A stretch of DNA of 32,000 bases from Telmatocola sphagniphila (GTDB lineage: Bacteria; Planctomycetota; Planctomycetia; Gemmatales; Gemmataceae), in NCBI RefSeq assembly GCF_018398935.1, contig NZ_CP074694.1, positions 1,350,001-1,382,000 of the forward strand, in the 5' to 3' direction. The notes beneath the pieces were generated by a model. The model was not told the origin of the DNA and ran no database searches. It worked only from the letters and a program-made list of their open reading frames with translations. Of the stretch, positions 9,078 through 17,700 are shown in pieces (the first letter of the stretch is position 1; each line of letters starts with the position of its first letter). Both the position numbers and the translations under genes were made by a program.

Positions 9078-9955
9078 GGTTTACTCGCGTCGCCAACTTT
9101 GTTTTCGTCCAAACCGGCCAGATGATCGCGAAGTTCGTCGTTTACTGTCGGTGTTAACTCGCGGAGGCGGGACATCATAGAGGTGGCGCTTCTCTGAGGG
9201 GTTCGCAATTCCTGCAAGTAATCTAGAAGCACCTTTTTACGATCCGGCTTGGATTGCATCAGATAGTGGACCCAGGCCCAGGCTTCGCGATATTCCGCTC
9301 TCTCCATTTGCTGAACCTGATTGAGTTGTTCCATTCTCGCCAGATCGGGCGTAAACGGGCCGCGGCGCAACTGCTCTAGGTGGGAAGAATTCAAACCATG
9401 ATTGGCGGGGGGTAATTCAAAGTATTCCGCCAAGCCCTCATCGAGCCAAAGGGGCACCTCGTGCAATGAACTGTGTAACAAAGCGTGAGTCAATTCGTGC
9501 CGGAGATCTTCCGTGATGTTATCCCCCCAGTAGGTAAAGACTAGCAGGTCTTCCGTTCCGCGCGAGGAGCGCGGTTGCGAGATAAAGAAGGCTCGCCGAC
9601 GCGGCAAATCGGGGTACCGGTTCCGCATATATTTTTCGTAGCGGGCCTGATCTTCGAAGAGAAATACTTGAACTATGGCCGTTGAAGGTGGCAATTGCAG
9701 TTCGTTAAAGACTTGATCGTGCAGTTCGGCCAGTTCCTGGAACATGCCCGAATGGTCTTTCAAGGGAAAATCGGCATAGAAAACGTACTGGGATAGGCGG
9801 AGAGAATATTTACCGGGTGCCGGGATGAGGGCGGCCTTGGTTTCCTTTTCTTCATTCGATTTAAAAGAAGCGCAGCCAAGCTGAACTCCGATTAACAAGG
9901 CTGCCAGCCACAGCACTGAAAAGAACCGATGATTTCGAAACCTGGGAGAACTCAT
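9074..9955 (-). CDS. DUF1570-like secreted/lipo-protein with HExxH metallopeptidase-type motif
   Basis: The signal peptide ends in a Cys (LLIGVQLGCASF). The diagnostic string is LRHELTHALLHSSLHEVPLWLDEGLAEYFE, an HExxH followed by an EG.AEY glutamate. Confidence 0.8.
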   Translation of the reverse strand: MSSPRFRNHRFFSVLWLAALLIGVQLGCASFKSNEEKETKAALIPAPGKYSLRLSQYVFYADFPLKDHSGMFQELAELHDQVFNELQLPPSTAIVQVFLFEDQARYEKYMRNRYPDLPRRRAFFISQPRSSRGTEDLLVFTYWGDNITEDLRHELTHALLHSSLHEVPLWLDEGLAEYFELPPANHGLNSSHLEQLRRGPFTPDLARMEQLNQVQQMERAEYREAWAWVHYLMQSKPDRKKVLLDYLQELRTPQRSATSMMSRLRELTPTVNDELRDHLAGLDENKVGDASKP

Positions 9956-10042
9956 CCGTCCATAAATCCCACACGAGAGCTTTGCCCCGCAGCAGGATAA
10001 TCCAGATTGCGATTTTGTGCCAGATCGGATTGGGTTTTAGGA

Positions 10043-12817
10043 CTATTTAAGTACCCTGCCCCGTTTCTGGTTGCGGGCGATCTTTGCCTGGGTTGCCTCA
10101 GCCACCCATTTCCAGCAAGCTTTCCAATCTTCGCGTCCTCTCAAAGGCCATAACTGATAGGTTCTTAAGAAGCGCAGCCGATCGGTTCGGGTAATATTTC
10201 TCGATTCGATAAAGCTGGCATTCAGCCGAACCAGGTCTCGCCAGGCTCTGTGGGGTGAAATTTGCCGGCGGATGCGCATCCCAACGAGATCAATGAAAGA
10301 CACCTTGGGTTTGGGGTAGCGGATTTGTACAAGCAAGTTGGCGGCTTTCAAATCGCGATGGGTGATGCCCCGTTCGTGCATGTGTCGAATCGTATGAGCA
10401 AGCTGATGTATCAATTCTCGTTTGTACGCACGGCACTGATCGAACTCGACGTCCAATACTTCCTGAAGTTCCTGGGCTTCTGGAAGCAACTCACAAAGAA
10501 GGTAGCCTTCCCGAGGAATCCCCCGGTGCATCCGATGCAGGACGAGCACAGGAATGGCGGTGGGTAGAAGACGATCCAGCAGCGCATGCCCCATCAGCCA
10601 GGAATGGAGCGCGGGAGATCGGCGGAAGCGATTTTTCAGTGCATCGCCAAAGCTCTGAATTCGGAATCGTTTGAGTACGTATTGCCGTCTTTGAAATTCG
10701 AGCGGAACCACCGAAGAGCTTTTGGAATTCTTCCACAACCGTTCGAGCTGAGCGAATGGTTGATCTGGATCACTCATCAATATATCGGCGAGTTCACTGG
10801 GACAATTCGCCGCACGAAAGCCTTTCATACTCCGGGATTTTAAGCTCGGAAAATGACGCTTGTGTGAAATAGCTCGTCTGTACCGGGAAGCCCAAAAGTC
10901 AAAATTTTGCTTTCGAGTTTCCGCATCGACGGCGCGGACAGTCAGTTTCTCCCACCATCTGCGAAGTTTAAAATATTCTCGCCAGAATCGCATTCGATCC
11001 AGACGTGTGGTACGCAAAACGAACCAGCGATTGATTAGGGCTAAATGGATTTTTGTTACTTCGGTGTTGAGATAACCGTAGCTGTGGCGAGTCACGGCAT
11101 GGATATCCAGCAGGAAAAATTCGGGAGCCTGAGTGCGATCTTCCCAACGGATCAGAAAATTTCCCGGGTGAGGATCGGGATGCATTATTCCTTGATTGTG
11201 TAAATTAGCCACAAATCCCGCGAAGGCTTTCGTCAGATTTCGCCGATCTCTGGGTGCCGGGGCAATGCATGTCCAACTTTCGAGCAAGTCCATCAGCGAT
11301 TGAGTTTCGCCGATTTCTCTAGTGATCAAATGACTTTGTCCCGCGAAGAAGCCCAGTTCTACTCCCCACGCTATCGGCTCAAAGGTGGCAATACCCATTT
11401 TCCAGAGCGCTCTGGCCTGATCAAATTCGAGCCGCGCTTTCGGCTGACGCAGCCATTCCCTAGCCCAGGCACGCGGCCCGCTGAGCTTGCAGAATTTCCA
11501 ATAATATCTTTCACGATCAATGAGCACCCGAAAGACCGTGCGATGAGGACCTTCTTTAATGATTTCCGCATGGCCCTCTCTTAACAGCAATTGTAAATTC
11601 AGAGTCTCGCTGTTCAGTGGTGAAGCCAAGGAATGTTGCCATTGAATCTCATTGGCAGTGGGGATCCGATTTCCTTCACCTCTGGGTTTTTGTCTAACTG
11701 AGTGATTCTCTGACGGCTTGCTCAGTGCATCGATTAGTTTCAGCCAGACTGCCGCACCCCTCTGCACGCTATAACGATTTTCAAATCGCTGCCGCGAATT
11801 CAAACCCATACTTCGGCGAAGATCCGGCTTTTCAATTAAAGATCTTACCGCTTTTAGCCATGCATTTTCGTCGCGGACCAGGAAGCCATTTTCGCCTTCG
11901 ATAATCATCTCCGGATGTACGCCGACTGGATTTGCGATTACCGGTAGCCCGGCGGCCATGTATTGCAGCGTTTTGAGTCCACACTTCCCTCGACTCCAGA
12001 AGTCATCGGGAATCCAACTGATTCCGATATCTGATTCGGCGATTCTCAGCACTTCACTTTTGGCATCCCAGGGCACGAATTCCACTGGAAGTTTTGAAAG
12101 CTCCAGCTCCTGATCGCAGATAATGCGAAGGACTAATCTATCCGAAACCTCTGCCAACGAATCGAGCACGGAACAAATTTGTTTCAGCCCCTGCAGGGTG
12201 CTTGAGGATCCTATCCAAACCAGTCGAATTTTATCATCCGGTTTTGATATGGGGTCTCGAGGGTATAGATTCTCGTCTACGCAGGTCGGGATAAGGATAC
12301 TTTCCGGGTTTGCAACCACCCATTGGACTGGCAAGGTAACCCAAGTTGCATAATGCAGGGAATTTTGCTTGAGAAACTTGTTTCCAGGAGTGACGACATC
12401 TGCGACTCTACAGATATTGATGAAGCGTCGATTCCTCTTGCGGTCATAACTGGACTTTGCAAAAGAATCTCGGGACCAGACGGCATCGTCATAATCGAAT
12501 ATCAGTTTCTTGGCATACTTGCGGAGGAGTAGCAGTTCCCAGCCGGAAAAAAGCTTCCGTTGCAATATGACGATGTCGTACAGTTTCAGTCGGCGAAACA
12601 AATTCCAGCGAGCTAGAGGCCCTTTTGGAATCGCAGCGAGTTCCAGCTGGTGACCCGCTCGTTCGATTATTGCTTTGAAGGCTGTGATGCGATACCGGCA
12701 ACACACATGGTCGGCCCCCTCCACCAGCGCGACGATTTTCTGAGGATTTGCGGAAAGCGGAATATCCAACTTCGAATTGGCCGCTTGGTTATCCGAATTG
12801 GCAGACGAGTCAGTCAA
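10043..12817 (-). CDS. Tri-domain protein: GT-B (GT4-like) glycosyltransferase fused to two Kdo/WaaP-type lipopolysaccharide-kinase-like domains
   Basis: 924 aa. GT-B C-terminal signature: GLKTLQYMAAGLPVIANPVGVHPEMIIEGENGFLV. Kinase 1 catalytic loop is HPDPHPGNFLI (nt 11159-11182) plus LLDIH (Asp at 11105-11107). Kinase 2 is ITHRDLKAANLLV (HRD at 10352-10360, Asn at 10337-10339) plus FIDLVG (Asp at 10289-10291). The gene starts 8 nt after the smpB stop. Confidence 0.85.
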   Translation of the reverse strand: MTDSSANSDNQAANSKLDIPLSANPQKIVALVEGADHVCCRYRITAFKAIIERAGHQLELAAIPKGPLARWNLFRRLKLYDIVILQRKLFSGWELLLLRKYAKKLIFDYDDAVWSRDSFAKSSYDRKRNRRFINICRVADVVTPGNKFLKQNSLHYATWVTLPVQWVVANPESILIPTCVDENLYPRDPISKPDDKIRLVWIGSSSTLQGLKQICSVLDSLAEVSDRLVLRIICDQELELSKLPVEFVPWDAKSEVLRIAESDIGISWIPDDFWSRGKCGLKTLQYMAAGLPVIANPVGVHPEMIIEGENGFLVRDENAWLKAVRSLIEKPDLRRSMGLNSRQRFENRYSVQRGAAVWLKLIDALSKPSENHSVRQKPRGEGNRIPTANEIQWQHSLASPLNSETLNLQLLLREGHAEIIKEGPHRTVFRVLIDRERYYWKFCKLSGPRAWAREWLRQPKARLEFDQARALWKMGIATFEPIAWGVELGFFAGQSHLITREIGETQSLMDLLESWTCIAPAPRDRRNLTKAFAGFVANLHNQGIMHPDPHPGNFLIRWEDRTQAPEFFLLDIHAVTRHSYGYLNTEVTKIHLALINRWFVLRTTRLDRMRFWREYFKLRRWWEKLTVRAVDAETRKQNFDFWASRYRRAISHKRHFPSLKSRSMKGFRAANCPSELADILMSDPDQPFAQLERLWKNSKSSSVVPLEFQRRQYVLKRFRIQSFGDALKNRFRRSPALHSWLMGHALLDRLLPTAIPVLVLHRMHRGIPREGYLLCELLPEAQELQEVLDVEFDQCRAYKRELIHQLAHTIRHMHERGITHRDLKAANLLVQIRYPKPKVSFIDLVGMRIRRQISPHRAWRDLVRLNASFIESRNITRTDRLRFLRTYQLWPLRGREDWKACWKWVAEATQAKIARNQKRGRVLK

Positions 12818-12825
12818 ATCACATC

Positions 12826-13308
12826 CTATGATTTCCGTCGGGTTGCGATGGCCCGCGCCAGATCGCGTTTCGATTCCCGATCTTTTATTGAATCCCGTTT
12901 ATCGTGAAGCTGCTTACCTTTGGCGATCGCAATCTCGATTTTTGCCCGACCCGCTTTGAAATACATCTGCAAAGGAACCAGAGTAAAACCTTTCTGAGTC
13001 GCTTTGCCGGCGAACTTGTCGATCTCGCGCCGATGCAGGAGCAATTTGCGATCTCGCTTGGGCTTGTGATTGAGCCGATTGCCCATCGAATATTCCGGTA
13101 TCTCACAACCCAAAAGCCATAATTCTCCAGCATTCAAGTGCGCGTACGAATCCTCAAGGTTGCAGTGCCCGTCCCGGAGGGTTTTGACTTCCGTCCCTAC
13201 GAGAACGATTCCGCACTCGATCTTTTCCAGAATCTCGTATTCGTGAAAAGCCCGTCTGTTACGGGTTATCACCTTAATCTCATCGGGAGCAGTCTTATCT
13301 TTCGCCAT
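12826..13308 (-). CDS. smpB: SsrA-binding protein SmpB
   Basis: MAKDK...ITRNRRAFHEYEILEKIECGIVLVGTEVKTLR...RKLLLHRREI...IAIAKGKQLHDKRDSIKDRE is colinear with bacterial SmpB. I trimmed the start to ATG 13308 from the longer ORF starting at 13365. Confidence 0.93.
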   Translation of the reverse strand: MAKDKTAPDEIKVITRNRRAFHEYEILEKIECGIVLVGTEVKTLRDGHCNLEDSYAHLNAGELWLLGCEIPEYSMGNRLNHKPKRDRKLLLHRREIDKFAGKATQKGFTLVPLQMYFKAGRAKIEIAIAKGKQLHDKRDSIKDRESKRDLARAIATRRKS

Positions 13309-13376
13309 GATCTCAGTGTATCCCGTCGAGTGGCATAAGATAATCTCTAGCGACCAATTTAGCAAAGGGGTGCCAG

Positions 13377-13757
13377 TTGCAGCCGATTCCGGAACCCAGA
13401 TTCACTATTTCGGAGCATGACTGGCCGACGTTGCATTGGGATTTGTTTCTGGAAGTTGAAGCCGTTTTATGGAGTTGGCGGCTATTGGCTGACCCCAGAG
13501 CTTCGACAGTGATACCGGTCGAAAGAACCACCGATCACCGGAAGCTCTATCTCGATTATGAAGGGCCTGTTAGCGACAATCGCGGAACGGTTCGCATCAT
13601 CGAAACAGGCAGATTTCGGCCCACGTCGAAATTCTTCGACCAGTTCGAGCTGAAGGGTAAGAGCCTGAGCGGTCTGTGGAGGTTCGCCTGCATCGAAGGC
13701 AGTGAATGCCTCATTCGCGAGGGAAATGTCAAATCAGGGGAGTTGCGCGACTCGTGA
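13377..13757 (+). CDS. Small LigD N-terminal (3'-phosphoesterase-like, LigD_N) domain protein
   Basis: 126 aa with a TTG start. The pattern HWDLFLEVEAVLWSWRL...DHRKLYLDYEGPVSDNRGTV matches the HYDLRLE...L.SW...DH...Y..FEG core of LigD phosphoesterase-type domains. Confidence 0.6.
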   Translation: MQPIPEPRFTISEHDWPTLHWDLFLEVEAVLWSWRLLADPRASTVIPVERTTDHRKLYLDYEGPVSDNRGTVRIIETGRFRPTSKFFDQFELKGKSLSGLWRFACIEGSECLIREGNVKSGELRDS

Positions 13758-14435
13758 ACCGTTGGCTGCGGAATGGCCATATAGGACCAATTCGTTATTT
13801 TTGATCTGTAATTGCTGGATGTGGAATGTCGGGCGCATCTGACTCGCCTGCAATTTGACGACAGCGACCGGATTGCCATTGCGGCGGTACCAAACCAGAT
13901 CGGCGTTCCACTTTCGAGCCAATTCAGAAATTTGATCGAGCAAAAACCGAGGGGATATCCCAATCGATCCGCTCTTCAGTGAAACGATCTCGATGCCGAT
14001 GGTATTCACTTCATTCGCAACCATCCAGACTTTCAAATTGATCGAAATGATTGTGCTCCAGAATCCTTTTCCGTAGCGGCAACCGAGCCGGAGTGAGCCC
14101 TCCTCGAAGCTGATTCGGGGTTCGGAAAAACCGTCTGGCAGATTCTTTTCGCCGCCGACCGTCTCAAAGTCCTCCTGCAGATAGCTGTTGATATTCGCAT
14201 TCGTAAATTTATCGCCCCAGACCGGATCGCCACTGCCGAACATGCTCCAAAGATCGGAGGCCTTCCTCTGGCATTCTTTCGATTGCTGATTACGTATCTC
14301 TCCGTCTGGAATATAAGCCGCTTCGTAGAAAGCGGGCCTCTGCTTCAGAGCCAATCCCAGGGCCGAGCAGACAACAAAAGCGATGGCTGCCAGCAAACCG
14401 ATGTTGGTGAGTTTGCGCTTCAGATTCTTGCTCAT
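13734..14435 (-). CDS. Hypothetical N-terminally membrane-anchored protein
   Basis: Start trimmed to ATG 14435 (MSKNLKRKLTNIGLLAAIAFVVCSALGLAL is basic then hydrophobic, as for an anchor). I recognise no motif. Its 3' end overlaps the convergent LigD_N-like gene by 24 nt. Confidence 0.65.
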   Translation of the reverse strand: MSKNLKRKLTNIGLLAAIAFVVCSALGLALKQRPAFYEAAYIPDGEIRNQQSKECQRKASDLWSMFGSGDPVWGDKFTNANINSYLQEDFETVGGEKNLPDGFSEPRISFEEGSLRLGCRYGKGFWSTIISINLKVWMVANEVNTIGIEIVSLKSGSIGISPRFLLDQISELARKWNADLVWYRRNGNPVAVVKLQASQMRPTFHIQQLQIKNNELVLYGHSAANGSRVAQLP

Positions 14436-14746
14436 GTCAGACAAATACCTCCAACGCCCAAATAGCACAATGCGAATTCGGAAGGAAGTCACCCAATTAG
14501 CTAGGGGTACCTACCGTTGGCAGGGGAGCCAGTTTACCCGGCTTGGCCGTTCTGCGCCTCTTTTGGGCCAACATGAGTCAAAAGGGGGAAATCCATCAAG
14601 TAGCATGTTAAACTTTGCCGAAAATGACCGGGGAACAGATTTTTCCAATGCTACCGATTACTCGGCGTGCGCGGATTTTTCCGTTTCTGGGACGAGTCGT
14701 GGGAAGGCTCGTATGCGTGTCCGAACACCTAAGCTGAAGAACCGGT

Positions 14747-17700
14747 ATGAACACGAAATCCGAAAGCCAGTTCGCCGCCAAATTCAGAGCGAAAGATGAT
14801 CGCCCGCGGCGATTGTCAGCTTGGGTTGGGCTGGCCCTGACCGTTGCAAGCTCGACGACATTGTTCGCGGGCTATTTTCTATTTTCCAATGCGGGCGCCC
14901 TCATGGCCGCACCCCGTACGGATGACGACGATGTCATTTGGAAGGCCAAGGCTCCCGCTGCGCCCACTTCTCAAGTGGTCATCCCGGCCGTAGTTCCAGG
15001 TACCGCGAAGCCCGAGGATCCTTTCAAGCTTTCGCAGCAGGCTCAGATTCCGGCGAGTACCGTGCCTGCCGCGGTTGGCACTCTCCCGAATTCCCGAGTT
15101 AAATCCGTACTTCAAAATTACGGCCAGGCAGGTGTGCAGCAAACGGGTTTTCAGCCTCCGCTGAGCCCTTTGCCTAAGAACCCGCCGGAGGATCCGAAAC
15201 TCAAACTGGATCCGCCAGCGAACACTCCCCAGACCAAACCAGCAGATACCGGCGCTCCGGCACGTCCCACGGAGCCGGCGATCCTGCAAGGTGAACAGAT
15301 TCCGACCAAACCCAAACCGGTCAATCAGGGTCGGCCTAACCGCACGCCCGAAGACGAAGCCTTGCTGACCGCCGCTCGAACGGCCTACGAACAATCTCGA
15401 TATGACATCGCCGCGGAGAGATTTGAGCGATATCTCTCTCTCCATCCCAAGGATGTGGAAATTCGCAGGGAGTATGCGGGCGTATTGAACCTGGCGGGAG
15501 AGCCTCGCCGGGCTGCGGCTCAGTATGAAATTCTCATTGCAGACGATCCCAATTCACTCGAATATCGTGCTCTTGTAGGTGATCTGTACATCATCGCCAA
15601 GGACTATCGGAAGGCAATCGGCCATTTCGCTACGGCTATCGAACTGAATAAGAGTGACCCGGATGCCAAGCGTCGGCTTCGATCCGAATTCGAATTGTCG
15701 GTCCGTTTAGCCCGGGCATTTGCCTTCGACGGTGATTATAAACACGCCGAACAGGTATATGACCGCTTCCTGGCGACCATTCGTCCGGAAGATCCGACCG
15801 CACCTCCGGCCCTGGGGGCGCTGCTCTTGGACCTCGAACGGCCCAATGAAGCCCTGTCCTACCTGATGGAGCAGAAAAAACGCAATCCGGAAAATCTGGA
15901 AGTCCTTGCCAGTTTGGTACGTGCTCTGGCTCGATTGGGTGAGCGACAAGCGGCCATGGAGCAATTAGTGGCCATGGCCGGCGTGAAGCCCAAGGAAAAG
16001 GCGGTTCGAATTGTTCTTGGCGATTCTTTATTCGCAGCGGAAGAATTTGAAATCGCCGGGCACGTTTACAATCAGGTCCTCCAGGTCGATCCGGCGAATG
16101 GCAATGCCCTGATCGGTCTGGCCAAGGTTCACTTGGCCATGTATCTGCCGGCCAACGCCAAGAAAATCCTCGACAGCTTCGTTCCAGGCAACAACGTCCA
16201 GCGAGCTTATTTACTGACCTATGCCGAATATCATCAGGTCGTCGGCGAATACACCGAAGCCAAATTGATTTACAAGGATATGCTTCGACGGAACGAACTC
16301 GATCATGAAGTTCGTCTCTCATTAGGCCTTCTCTTCGATTACACCAAGGAGTGGGAAAAGGCCAAAGCCGAATATGCCAAGATTCCGCCGAACTTCCCGA
16401 TCATCGGCAAGAAAGCGAGATTGGCCTTCGCCGCTTCACTCTTCAATCAACGCAAGTATCAAGAAGCGGTCGATGTCACGCGGACAATTTTGACCGATTT
16501 CCCGGATGATCCCGCAGTGATCAGTCAAATGATCCGCCATCTGGCGAAAGCGGGTCAGGCGGATCAAGGTGTGGCACTGGCTCGAGCGTTTCTTGCTTCG
16601 AACCCTCGCAGCGAAGTGGCGGCTTTCTCGATTCGCTCGACTCTGGCTAAAACGCTGCTGGAATGCAATCGCTACCTCGATGCTTCCCGCGAGTACGAAA
16701 TCATTCTTTCCCGTCCGATCGGTCGTGTGCCCTCCTCCTATTATGGATTGGCCCGAGCATCCGAGAAAATGGGAAATGTGCAGCGAGCCTCTGAATTGAT
16801 CGGTTGTATTATCGGCGTATTGGGAGGCGATACGCGCCAGCGACTCGTTCTGGCGGATCTCTACTCCGCGGATTACGACGATGCCCATGTCGTGGAACTT
16901 TGCATGGGAGCCTTGCAGTACGATCCCAACAACCTGGCGGTCTTAATCCGTCTCGCGGATGGAATGCAGCGTCAGGCACGCTATACCGGCCAACCGCAAG
17001 CCGCTTTTGAATACTGCATCCGGATCCTCAACCTGTCTCCGACAAACGTTCGCGGGCACCTGGCGATGTCTCGATGCTTTGCTATCGCACAGAATTATCG
17101 GAAATCGGCTGCACAATATATGCAGTTGATTCAGATCGATCCGGAATTTACGATTCCGCCTCGCGAACGCGCTCGCGTTCTCTATAGCGATCATCAGTTC
17201 AGCGCGGCACGATCTCAATACCAGGCCATGCTGTCTCCCGCACCCGATCAGTATTTGATTGGCGAACTGGCCGGAGTCGTCCAACGGCAGCCCAAGGTTC
17301 GCACCATTCTGGAACCCTATACCATGACCAGCCTCACCGGGCCGGGCTTGCGTAAGGAAATGGAACGCGTCGCCTGCACGCTCCCGGATGATGAGGCGAA
17401 ACTGGCCGTACTGCGTCTGATCAACGATTACGATGCAAAGGTGGCCGAGCAGAAGGCTTTTGCTTTGGAAATGGAAGCCAAAGAACTCAAGGATTATCGG
17501 AATTATCAGGCTCTTCCGGCCTACGATGCCATCAATCGTTACGAACCGACCAATACCGAAACTCTCTTCGACATGGGACAGGTATACGGCGCTTTGACGA
17601 TGACTCGCCGTGCCCAGGAACTTTATAACGGTACCCTGGCGGTGGATCCCACGCATCGCGATACCATGGTCGCGATCGAACGATCCGGAGCCGACCTGAA

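Noticed and set aside
12826-13376. Expected tmRNA (ssrA) or a tRNA next to smpB. I also scanned the other intergenic gaps (7289-7763, 14436-14746, 20265-20815, 27593-27912) for tRNA-like T-loops.
   Set aside because: There are only 68 nt of non-coding sequence next to smpB. By eye I found no GGTTCGAATCC-type T-arm with a matching acceptor stem anywhere. A tRNAscan/ARAGORN run would be the decisive check.
14383-14799. 138-aa + ORF bridging the intergenic gap and overlapping the starts of two genes.
   Set aside because: It overlaps the N-terminus of the 14435 gene in antisense and the start of the TPR gene out of frame. It has no motif and an Arg/Ser-rich composition.
15636-17656. 228-aa and 237-aa minus-strand ORFs (15636-16322, 16943-17656) inside the TPR gene.
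   Set aside because: They are antisense shadows of a long gene with strong repeat structure. Their Arg/Pro-rich composition is typical of non-coding frames.
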